From Nanopusillaceae archaeon (GTDB lineage Archaea; Nanobdellota; Nanobdellia; Nanobdellales; Nanobdellaceae), in assembly GCA_049974095.1 (NCBI GenBank), contig JBMFJD010000010.1, forward strand, positions 1 to 32,000: a stretch of 32,000 nucleotides of DNA, read 5' to 3'. Numbering within the stretch: position 1 is the first letter of the stretch; every line of letters starts with the position of its first letter. Below, piece after piece: positions 24,930-32,000 of the stretch. Position numbers and translations under genes: made by a program. The notes beneath the pieces were generated by a model. It searched no databases. It was not told the origin of the DNA and saw nothing but the letters and a program-made list of their open reading frames with translations.

Positions 24930-27242
24930 ATGGATCTAAAAAAAGATTATGATAAATTATTATGTAAAATAATAAAAAATAATCATAGAGGAATAATAGT
25001 AATATCTGGAAGTAATTATTTTGATATAATTTCAGATTTAATTAATAGGTATTATGAAATAATAAAGAATTTTAGACAAGACATAAATATATTATATGTT
25101 ACAGAGGATTATTATGGAGACTTTTTATATAGATTTGAAAAATTGGAAGAAAAGTTAAAAGATTTTAATATAACAAAAATAAAATATAAAGATTCTAGAA
25201 AAATATTAGGAAAGACATTTAATATAATAATTTTGGATATGTATAAATCTTTAACGCCAGATCATTTAGGAAGGATAATAGAAACATTATCTGGTTCAGG
25301 AATAGCATTTTTCTTAATAAAAGATTTTGAAAATTTTGAAAATATTACAACAACATTTCATGAGCATTTATTAACTCCTCCATATAAAATAGAAGATGTA
25401 AGAAAATATTTTGAATATAGATTTAAGCAAAAATTATTGCAATACGATAATATAATAATATATGATACAGAAAAAGGATTAATAAAGGGAATAAATGAAG
25501 AATGCAATGTAGAGGAAGCAGTTCCACCAGAAAGGAAAAAGTTAATATTAAATGAAAAGAAAATTTTTTCAGATAGAATATATAAATTATGTTTAACACA
25601 AGATCAAGCAAATGTATTAAGTATGTTAGAAGATTTGTTAAATAATGAAAAATCAATATTTTTAATAATTGCTGATAGAGGAAGAGGAAAAAGTGCATCT
25701 TTGGGATTAGCAATTGCAGGATTAGTAGAAATATTATTGGAAAAAAATAAAATATATGATATTGGGATAACTGCTCCAGAATTTGAAAATGTGGAAACAT
25801 TATTTGAATTTTTAAAAATAGGATTAAATGGAAATAATATAGAATATAAGGAGATTAAAAACAAGAAGATAATCATAAAAAATAAAATATATATAGAATA
25901 TAGAAAACCTTCAGATATATTAAGAAAAAAGTATGATATTTTATTTGTAGATGAAGCTGCAGGTATTGGTATATTATTTTTATATCAATTTGTAAATAAA
26001 TATAGAAAAGTAGTATTTTCTTCGACAATCCATGGATATGAAGGAGCTGGAAGATCTTTCTCTGTAAGATTTCTAAAATATTTGAATAGTCTAATTGGTA
26101 TAAAGATATATAAATATAATATGATTGAACCTATTAGATATGGAGAAGGAGATCCAATAGAAAAATGGCTATATGATACATTATTATTAGATTCGGAGCC
26201 TGATGAGATCAATGAGGAAGATAAAGAATTGATTAAAAATAAAGAAACAAGATTTTATAAAATACCATTAAAAGATTGGTTTTATAATGATGATCCTAAA
26301 TTAAAGAATTTTGTAGGAATTTATATTTTAGCTCATTATCAAAATAAACCAAATGATATTGCAATGCTTGCAGATGCGCCACATCATGATGCTTTTATAT
26401 TAGAATTAAAAAATGGAAAAATTGTTGATGGAATACAAGTTGCATATGAAGGAGGGATTGATGATGAAACAATAGAAAGAATGTTAATGGATTATAAACC
26501 AAAGGGAAATATAATACCAGATATAATTGTAAAACATTATAGATTAAAAGAATTTGCAAAATTAAAGGGATTGAGAGTTATAAGAATTGCAACAACACCA
26601 GAAATACAAGGTATGGGATTAGGATCTATTTCATTACAAGAATTAACTGAATGGGGAAAGAAGAATAATTATGATTGGTTAGGATCTAGTTTTGGTGTTA
26701 CACATGAATTATTAAATTTCTGGCAAAAGAATGGATTTGTTTTAGTTCATTTATCTCCTGAAAAAAATAAGGTATCCGGGGAATATTCAGGAATAGTATT
26801 AAAACCTTTAAATGAAGAAACAGAAAAAATTGTTAAAAAATTAAATTATGAATTTAGATGGAGATTAATAAATCAAATATCAGATGTATATTTTGATTTA
26901 GAACCAAAATTAATATTAAAAATGTTAGAAACTCCATATAAATTTAAACCACATTTTAAATTATTATTAACAGAAAATCAAATTGAAAGATTAGAGGGAT
27001 ACTTAAAATCTCCAATGACATATGAAGCTGCTGCAGATGTTGTTAAATTATTATATCTATACTATTTAGTATATACTGATAAAGATAAACCAAAGATTGA
27101 AGATGAAGAGATAATGGTTTCAAAATTTTTATTATCATGGAGCTTTAATAAATTATCAGAATATTTTAATTTAAAGAAATTTGAAGCAAGAAGAAAAATA
27201 AAGAAAAATGTAAAAATAATATATAAATGGTTATTTAAGTAA
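24930..27242 (+). CDS. tmcA: tRNA cytidine N4-acetyltransferase TmcA (Nat10/Kre33 homologue)
   Basis: Helicase-type ATPase motifs IADRGRGKSASLG and ILFVDEAAGI, then STIHGYEGAGRSFSVRF. GNAT domain RVIRIATTPEIQGMGLGS. 770 aa. Confidence 0.85.
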   Translation: MDLKKDYDKLLCKIIKNNHRGIIVISGSNYFDIISDLINRYYEIIKNFRQDINILYVTEDYYGDFLYRFEKLEEKLKDFNITKIKYKDSRKILGKTFNIIILDMYKSLTPDHLGRIIETLSGSGIAFFLIKDFENFENITTTFHEHLLTPPYKIEDVRKYFEYRFKQKLLQYDNIIIYDTEKGLIKGINEECNVEEAVPPERKKLILNEKKIFSDRIYKLCLTQDQANVLSMLEDLLNNEKSIFLIIADRGRGKSASLGLAIAGLVEILLEKNKIYDIGITAPEFENVETLFEFLKIGLNGNNIEYKEIKNKKIIIKNKIYIEYRKPSDILRKKYDILFVDEAAGIGILFLYQFVNKYRKVVFSSTIHGYEGAGRSFSVRFLKYLNSLIGIKIYKYNMIEPIRYGEGDPIEKWLYDTLLLDSEPDEINEEDKELIKNKETRFYKIPLKDWFYNDDPKLKNFVGIYILAHYQNKPNDIAMLADAPHHDAFILELKNGKIVDGIQVAYEGGIDDETIERMLMDYKPKGNIIPDIIVKHYRLKEFAKLKGLRVIRIATTPEIQGMGLGSISLQELTEWGKKNNYDWLGSSFGVTHELLNFWQKNGFVLVHLSPEKNKVSGEYSGIVLKPLNEETEKIVKKLNYEFRWRLINQISDVYFDLEPKLILKMLETPYKFKPHFKLLLTENQIERLEGYLKSPMTYEAAADVVKLLYLYYLVYTDKDKPKIEDEEIMVSKFLLSWSFNKLSEYFNLKKFEARRKIKKNVKIIYKWLFK

Positions 27243-28475
27243 TTTTTTTAATACTTCAAAGAAATAATCAATTTCTTCCTTTGTATTATAAATATATAAA
27301 CTTGCTCTAAATGTTCCTCCTAAATTAAATAAATTATTATTGAAGATCTTAATGTTTTTTAATAATGGATGCGCACAATGAAAACCAGATCTTACTTCAA
27401 TTCCTTCTAGATCTAATAATTTTGCAATTTGATGTGAATTATATTTTTTAGTATAGAAGGAAAATGTTGGAGTTCTATCTTTATAATCATTTGGTCCTAT
27501 TAAAACCAAATCTTTTAAATTATATTCATTATATTTTTCAATAAAATATTTTGTTAAGAATTTATTGTATTCTTCTATATTTTCTATACCAATTTCATTA
27601 ATATATTTTATTGTTTCTCCAAATACAATTCCTCCAGCTATATTTGGTGTACCTGATTCAAATTTCCATGGTAAATCATTCCAATATGCTTCATATAAAT
27701 CTACATCTTTTATCATATCTCCTCCCCTTAAAAATGGTTCTATTTTTTCTAATATTTCTTCTTTTCCATATAGTACTCCAATACCATCTGGTCCCATCAT
27801 TTTATGAGCACTAAATGCTAAAAAATCTATATCATACTTTTTAACATCAATCTTCATATGTGGAATACTTTGTGCTGCATCAATTAATACAATTGCTCCT
27901 CTTTCATGTGCAATTTTAATTATTTCTTCTATTGGATTTATCGTTCCCAATACATTTGAAGCATGAGTTATTGCAACAATTTTTGTTTTATCATCAATAA
28001 TTTTTTCTATATTATCTAATTTTAATCTATAATTATTATCAAAGTCTATATATTCTAATTTTGTACCTATCTTCTTCGATACAAATTGCCACGGTACTAA
28101 ATTTGCATGATGTTCCATTTTTGATATTACAATTTTATCTCCATGTTTTAAATTATTTAATCCATAAGAATATGCAACTAAATTAATTGATTCTGTAGTA
28201 TTTCTTGTAAATATTATTTCTCTCCAATCTTTTGCATTAATAAAATCTGCAACTAATTTATGTGCTTCTTCATATTTTTCAGATGCTTCTTGAGATAATG
28301 TATGTATTCCTCTATGAATATTTGCATAATAATTTGTATATACTTCTAAGAATTTATTTATTACACTAATTGGTTTTTGAGTTGTTGCTGCATTATCAAA
28401 ATATATTAAATTCTTTCCATTTACTTTTCTTTTTAATATAGGAAAATCTTCTCTAATTTTATATGGATCTATCAT
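27231..28475 (-). CDS. sufS: cysteine desulfurase, SufS/class V aminotransferase
   Basis: IYFDNAATTQKP, HRGIHTLS, SAHKMMGPDGIGVLYG (PLP lysine), RSGFHCAHPLL (catalytic Cys loop). 12-nt convergent overlap with tmcA. Confidence 0.85.
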   Translation of the reverse strand: MIDPYKIREDFPILKRKVNGKNLIYFDNAATTQKPISVINKFLEVYTNYYANIHRGIHTLSQEASEKYEEAHKLVADFINAKDWREIIFTRNTTESINLVAYSYGLNNLKHGDKIVISKMEHHANLVPWQFVSKKIGTKLEYIDFDNNYRLKLDNIEKIIDDKTKIVAITHASNVLGTINPIEEIIKIAHERGAIVLIDAAQSIPHMKIDVKKYDIDFLAFSAHKMMGPDGIGVLYGKEEILEKIEPFLRGGDMIKDVDLYEAYWNDLPWKFESGTPNIAGGIVFGETIKYINEIGIENIEEYNKFLTKYFIEKYNEYNLKDLVLIGPNDYKDRTPTFSFYTKKYNSHQIAKLLDLEGIEVRSGFHCAHPLLKNIKIFNNNLFNLGGTFRASLYIYNTKEEIDYFFEVLKKLLK

Positions 28476-29860
28476 TATCCAAATCCTCCTATTTCTTCTA
28501 ATTCTAGATCTATTAGCCTTTTAACTTCTAATTTATAAGATTCTGGGAAATTATATAATATATCATCTAAAAATCCCAATAAATACAATCTTTTTGCTTC
28601 TTTTTCTGATAATCCTAAAGATCTTAAATAAAATATTTTTTCATCATTTATTTTTTCCATTTTTGCTTCATGATTATAATATCCTTCTTTACTATATTTT
28701 TCAACCCTTGGTATAGAAATTGCTTCTCCATTTTCTTCAATTAAAGAATCACATTTTGATAATACTTCACCATTTTTATTTGTTTTTATATCAATTCTAT
28801 TTACAGATATAGCTTTATCTTTTTTTCCAATTGAAATTGATTTAGATATTATATATCCTTTAGAATTTTCTCCAATAGCAAATATTCTTCCCCCAGTATC
28901 AATTATTTGTCCATCTGTTGCAAACCCTATTGTATATATTTCTCCTCTTGCATTATCATCTAATATTAATCCTGGATATAGCATAGTAACTTTACTTCCC
29001 AATTCTAAAGATATCCATTTTACTTTTGAATTCTTTCCAACCTTTGCTCTTTTTGTTACTAAATTATATACATTCTTAGACCAATTTTGAATAGTTCCAT
29101 ATGTTACTTCACTATTTTCTTCAGCAAATACTTCTACAACTGCAGCATGTAATTGTTGAGAAGAATAAATTGGAGCAGTACATCCTTCAATATATGTTAC
29201 TTTTGAATTTTTTTCTGCAATAATTAATGTTCTTTCAAACTGTCCCAAATTATCTAAGTTAATTAAGAAATATGCATGTAACGGAAGATCCAATTTTACA
29301 TTTTCTGGTACATAAATAAATACTCCTCCACTCCAAACTGCAGTGTTTAATGCAGCAAATTTATTATCTCCTGGAGGAATGATTTTTCCAAAATATTTTT
29401 TAACAATTTCTGGATATTCTCTTACTCCTTCATCTAAAGATGTAAATATAACTCCTTCTTGATCTAAATATTTTTTTATTTCTTTATATATTGGTATAGA
29501 ATCATATTGTATATTTAATCCAGATAAGTATTCAAATTCTCTTTTTAATCCCAATTTTTCTATTGTTTCCTTCATATATTCAGGTAATTGTTCCCAATTA
29601 ATTGGTTTGGGGTATCTTAATATTGATCCATAATAAATAATATTATCAAAATTAATTTTTGATAAATCTGGTCCAAAATCTGGTAAAGGTAATTCTTTGA
29701 AATATTTATATCCTTCTAATCTTTTATTTAACATCCATTCAGGTTCTCCTTTTATTTCAGATATCTTCTTTATTTTTTCTTCATCTAATGGTCCCTTTAT
29801 TATTATATTGTATTTTATATTTTGTTTTTCTAAATTTATTTCCTTTTTTTCCATTTCCAT
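28475..29860 (-). CDS. sufB: Fe-S cluster assembly scaffold protein SufB
   Basis: FERTLIIAEKNSKVTYIEGCTAP, LVTKRAKVGKNSKVKW, HEAKMEKINDEKIFYLRSLGLSEKEA are typical SufB motifs. TAATG 1-nt overlap with sufS. Confidence 0.9.
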   Translation of the reverse strand: MEMEKKEINLEKQNIKYNIIIKGPLDEEKIKKISEIKGEPEWMLNKRLEGYKYFKELPLPDFGPDLSKINFDNIIYYGSILRYPKPINWEQLPEYMKETIEKLGLKREFEYLSGLNIQYDSIPIYKEIKKYLDQEGVIFTSLDEGVREYPEIVKKYFGKIIPPGDNKFAALNTAVWSGGVFIYVPENVKLDLPLHAYFLINLDNLGQFERTLIIAEKNSKVTYIEGCTAPIYSSQQLHAAVVEVFAEENSEVTYGTIQNWSKNVYNLVTKRAKVGKNSKVKWISLELGSKVTMLYPGLILDDNARGEIYTIGFATDGQIIDTGGRIFAIGENSKGYIISKSISIGKKDKAISVNRIDIKTNKNGEVLSKCDSLIEENGEAISIPRVEKYSKEGYYNHEAKMEKINDEKIFYLRSLGLSEKEAKRLYLLGFLDDILYNFPESYKLEVKRLIDLELEEIGGFG

Positions 29861-29909
29861 AATATAACATTGTTATCTCTTTTTAAAAATATATCTATAA
29901 TATAATAGT

Positions 29910-30149
29910 ATGTATAGAATATATGAACTATGTGGAAAGAGCGATTATAGTATAAGATTTGATAAAAAAATAGATGTTAAAAAGGTAAAGGAATATTTTA
30001 AAGATTATGAAATAATAGATGAAAATGAAGAAACAATAAGTTTAAGAAAAGAAGAAAAAAATGTTATAGGATTTTCATATGGAGAAGTAATTTTGGTTAA
30101 TTTTAATATTGAAGAAGTTGAAAAAATAGCTAAATATATAGATAGTTAA
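29910..30149 (+). CDS. small hypothetical protein, 79 aa
   Basis: ORF with typical local composition, preceded by an AT-rich TATA-like stretch. No recognised motif. Confidence 0.4.
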   Translation: MYRIYELCGKSDYSIRFDKKIDVKKVKEYFKDYEIIDENEETISLRKEEKNVIGFSYGEVILVNFNIEEVEKIAKYIDS

Positions 30150-30183
30150 ATTTTTTAAATTTAATTTATTTTAATCTTTAATA

Positions 30184-30258
30184 GCCCCCGTCGTCTAGTC
30201 AGGTCTAGGATACAGGGTTTTCGTCCCTGTGACCCGGGTTCAAATCCCGGCGGGGGCA
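30184..30258 (+). tRNA. tRNA-Glu (anticodon UUC), contiguous, no encoded CCA
   Basis: Manual cloverleaf: acceptor GCCCCCG/CGGGGGC, D arm GUCU-AGUCAGGUCU-AGGA, anticodon stem CAGGG/CCCUG with loop UUUUCGU (UUC), variable UGAC, T arm CCGGG-UUCAAAU-CCCGG, discriminator A. Confidence 0.9.
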
Positions 30259-30285
30259 TTAGTTAACGATATTGATTAACAAATC

Positions 30286-30293
30286 TATATAAA
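30286..30293 (+). promoter_or_regulatory. putative TATA box of the archaellin gene (leaderless or short-leader transcript)
   Basis: tatataaa ends 24 nt upstream of the ATG at 30317, the spacing expected for an archaeal TATA box driving a near-leaderless mRNA. Confidence 0.4.
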
Positions 30294-30316
30294 TTACGAG
30301 ATTGTTTATTTTTAAC

Positions 30317-30907
30317 ATGAAGGGCCAAGGTACAGGTTTTTCATCGATGGTATTATTTATAGCAGCAGCATTGACAGCAGCAATAGCAGCCTTTGTAATT
30401 ATTGGTGCAACAACAAGTGCACAAGGACATGCAGCAGCAGCAGCACAACAAACAGTACAAACATCAGGTACAACTGTAGAAATAGTTAGAGTAGAAGGAA
30501 TAAATGTAAATACAACAACACAAGCAGTACAAGAATTCTTAGTATATACAAGGTTAGCACCAGGATCACAACCAATATTATTAAATCAAACATCAGTAAT
30601 ATTATATGCACCAGCTGGAAGAGAAGTATTTGTATATGGAGGAGCTGTAGCAGATTCATCATTAGTAACCAGTTATACAGGATACTACTTTATTGATCAA
30701 CAGGATTCTGTAGATAATTCAGGATTGTTATTCAATGGTGTATTAGGTCCAAATGATCTAGCAGCATTATTAGTATATGCAAATGTAACATTAGGAACAT
30801 CACAAACATGGGAAATTTCAATTATACCACCAAATGGACAACCATATGATCTATCAGGAATAACACCGGCTGCAATGGTATATCCAACAGTAGTATTATA
30901 CGGCTAA
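30317..30907 (+). CDS. arlB: archaellin (archaeal flagellin) with class III signal peptide
   Basis: From the ATG at 30317: MKG/QGTGFSSMVLFIAAALTAAIAAFVIIGATTSAQG. This has K-G at -2/-1, Q at +1 and a long hydrophobic helix, as in the archaellin N-terminal domain. A T/V/Q/G-rich beta-type body with N-x-S/T sequons follows. The ORF-track start at 30302 is a TTG extension. Confidence 0.7.
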   Translation: MKGQGTGFSSMVLFIAAALTAAIAAFVIIGATTSAQGHAAAAAQQTVQTSGTTVEIVRVEGINVNTTTQAVQEFLVYTRLAPGSQPILLNQTSVILYAPAGREVFVYGGAVADSSLVTSYTGYYFIDQQDSVDNSGLLFNGVLGPNDLAALLVYANVTLGTSQTWEISIIPPNGQPYDLSGITPAAMVYPTVVLYG

Positions 30908-30908
30908 A

Positions 30909-31517
30909 ATGAAAGGGCAAGCTTTTCAAACCCTTTTTCTTTTTATATTTCTTGTTGCAATTGCAACAATAAGTAGTTATATATTAGTTGATGTTTATTT
31001 AAAAGGTGCTGGAGCAACATTAACAAAATTAGAAGTAAATCAACAACAATCTGCAGTACCTCAATTTGCAATTCATGATATTGAATATTCAGAATATGGT
31101 AGTACTGCAATAGTTACATTTACTTTATATAATTTAGGATCTACAAATATTCTACTGAGAGGATGGATGATTGATTTTACAGATCAAAATGGAAATATAA
31201 TATGTAGTACTCCAATTTTTGAAAGTACAGCAGATGCAGCAAATATTGGAGTATCAGAATCTGTATATGATGCTGCATATAATCAAACATTAACTTATGG
31301 AGAAGCAATACCTGCTCATTCAGTTGCAGAAGTTAATTTAACATTCATTGGAGGAAATTGTTTAAACACAACAATTGATTGGTCTACAACACATTTACAA
31401 ATGGGATTTAGAGTAGTAATTTCACCAACACAATATTTTGATATAATGCAATGTGCTGTAAATCCATATACAGGATATGCCTCTTGTAGTTCTTTAGGCT
31501 ATCAAGCTTATCAATAG
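30909..31517 (+). CDS. type IV pilin-like / archaellin-related protein (possibly ArlF/ArlG-like)
   Basis: MKG/QAFQTLFLFIFLVAIATISSYILV has the same MKGQ processing-site context as the upstream archaellin. The start is 1 nt after its stop. The body is beta-rich (TFTLYNLGSTNILLRGWMIDFTDQNG). Confidence 0.5.
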   Translation: MKGQAFQTLFLFIFLVAIATISSYILVDVYLKGAGATLTKLEVNQQQSAVPQFAIHDIEYSEYGSTAIVTFTLYNLGSTNILLRGWMIDFTDQNGNIICSTPIFESTADAANIGVSESVYDAAYNQTLTYGEAIPAHSVAEVNLTFIGGNCLNTTIDWSTTHLQMGFRVVISPTQYFDIMQCAVNPYTGYASCSSLGYQAYQ

Positions 31518-31523
31518 TTTTTT
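31518..31523 (+). terminator. T-run, possible archaeal terminator after the archaellin/pilin gene pair
   Basis: TTTTTT immediately follows the stop codon at 31515-31517. Confidence 0.3.
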
Positions 31524-31626
31524 GACTAATAATTTTTGTTAAATAAAATAATTTTGACATAATTATAATAAATATAGGTAAAAATATGCTAAATTTCAAT
31601 ATTGATTATCAATGATGGTTTAAAAT

Positions 31627-32000
31627 ATGGGAAATCAAACTCTTTTATTTATCAAAATTCCATATTTTTTCATGAGTATTAAATCTATTAAAAAATATAT
31701 TATAATATTATTAGCTTTAGGTTTATTAGTAAGTAATTCTATTCATGCACAAGTCGGAGCAGTTTTAATAGGAAGTAGTACAACAACTACAACTACATCT
31801 ATAACATTACCTTCTGCAAATAATTATTTTTGCGTTGCAGGAGCAAATGGAGGTACAATTACCATCCCTAGCATTACAGAACTTGTAAATAATGGTGGTT
31901 ATGCAGTTATTGGTAATTCTTCTACAAATAGTTGTTCTATCACTACTACTGCAACATCTTATGCTCTAGGAGGGATAAGTATAAATAATTATTCTGTATT
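31627..32000 (+). CDS. secreted Thr/Ser/Asn-rich protein, 3'-truncated by the window end
   Basis: Open frame from the ATG at 31627 (alternative ATG at 31672) to the window edge with no stop. MSIKSIKKYIIILLALGLLVSNSIHA/QVG looks like a Sec-type signal peptide, followed by GSSTTTTTTS and Cys-containing T/S/N/G-rich sequence. Confidence 0.5.
   Translation, partial: MGNQTLLFIKIPYFFMSIKSIKKYIIILLALGLLVSNSIHAQVGAVLIGSSTTTTTTSITLPSANNYFCVAGANGGTITIPSITELVNNGGYAVIGNSSTNSCSITTTATSYALGGISINNYSV

Noticed and set aside
30302-30316. TTG-initiated extension (MFIFN) of the archaellin ORF
   Set aside because: The ATG at 30317 gives the canonical short class III signal peptide MKG/Q. It matches the next gene's N-terminus and the TATA spacing.

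Overview
This is a very AT-rich, extremely compact archaeal chromosome segment. Start/stop overlaps of 1-14 nt are common and most spacers are under 50 bp. Most genes are informational or housekeeping:
- Translation and RNA: YchF/OLA1-type GTPase, RNA polymerase subunit N, TtuA/Ncs6-type PP-loop tRNA thiolase, RtcB RNA ligase, Pelota, aIF2-alpha, Nop10 (58 aa, absent from the ORF track), ribosomal protein L44e, TmcA tRNA acetyltransferase.
- Replication and topology: an unsplit, intein-free family B DNA polymerase, a GINS51-like subunit, and the helicase-like N-terminal half of reverse gyrase.
- Other: PAC2-like chaperone, SufS and SufB.
- RNA genes: two GC-rich tRNAs, Gln-UUG and Glu-UUC.

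The reverse gyrase gene ends where the topoisomerase half should begin. That split, the GC-rich tRNAs in an AT-rich genome, and the compaction suggest a thermophilic Nanoarchaeota/DPANN-like organism. This is inference and I cannot run a search.

Non-routine content:
1. A textbook C/D box sRNA on the minus strand at about 13444-13497.
2. A 190-bp spacer after the reverse gyrase half holding 14 same-strand TTAAC motifs on a roughly 10.6-bp lattice, built from a 106-bp duplication with a perfectly conserved 26-mer.
3. A four-gene block (15542-19706) of Lys/Glu-poor, Asn/Ser/Thr/Gln/Tyr-rich, Cys- and sequon-containing exported proteins. Two of them share a 46-nt identical lipobox-type signal-peptide cassette.
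4. A type IV prepilin/prearchaellin peptidase-like gene, plus an archaellin and a pilin-like gene that both start MKGQ.
5. A frameshifted RelE-like toxin remnant at the left edge.

No CRISPR array, transposase, integrase or recognisable defence system was seen.
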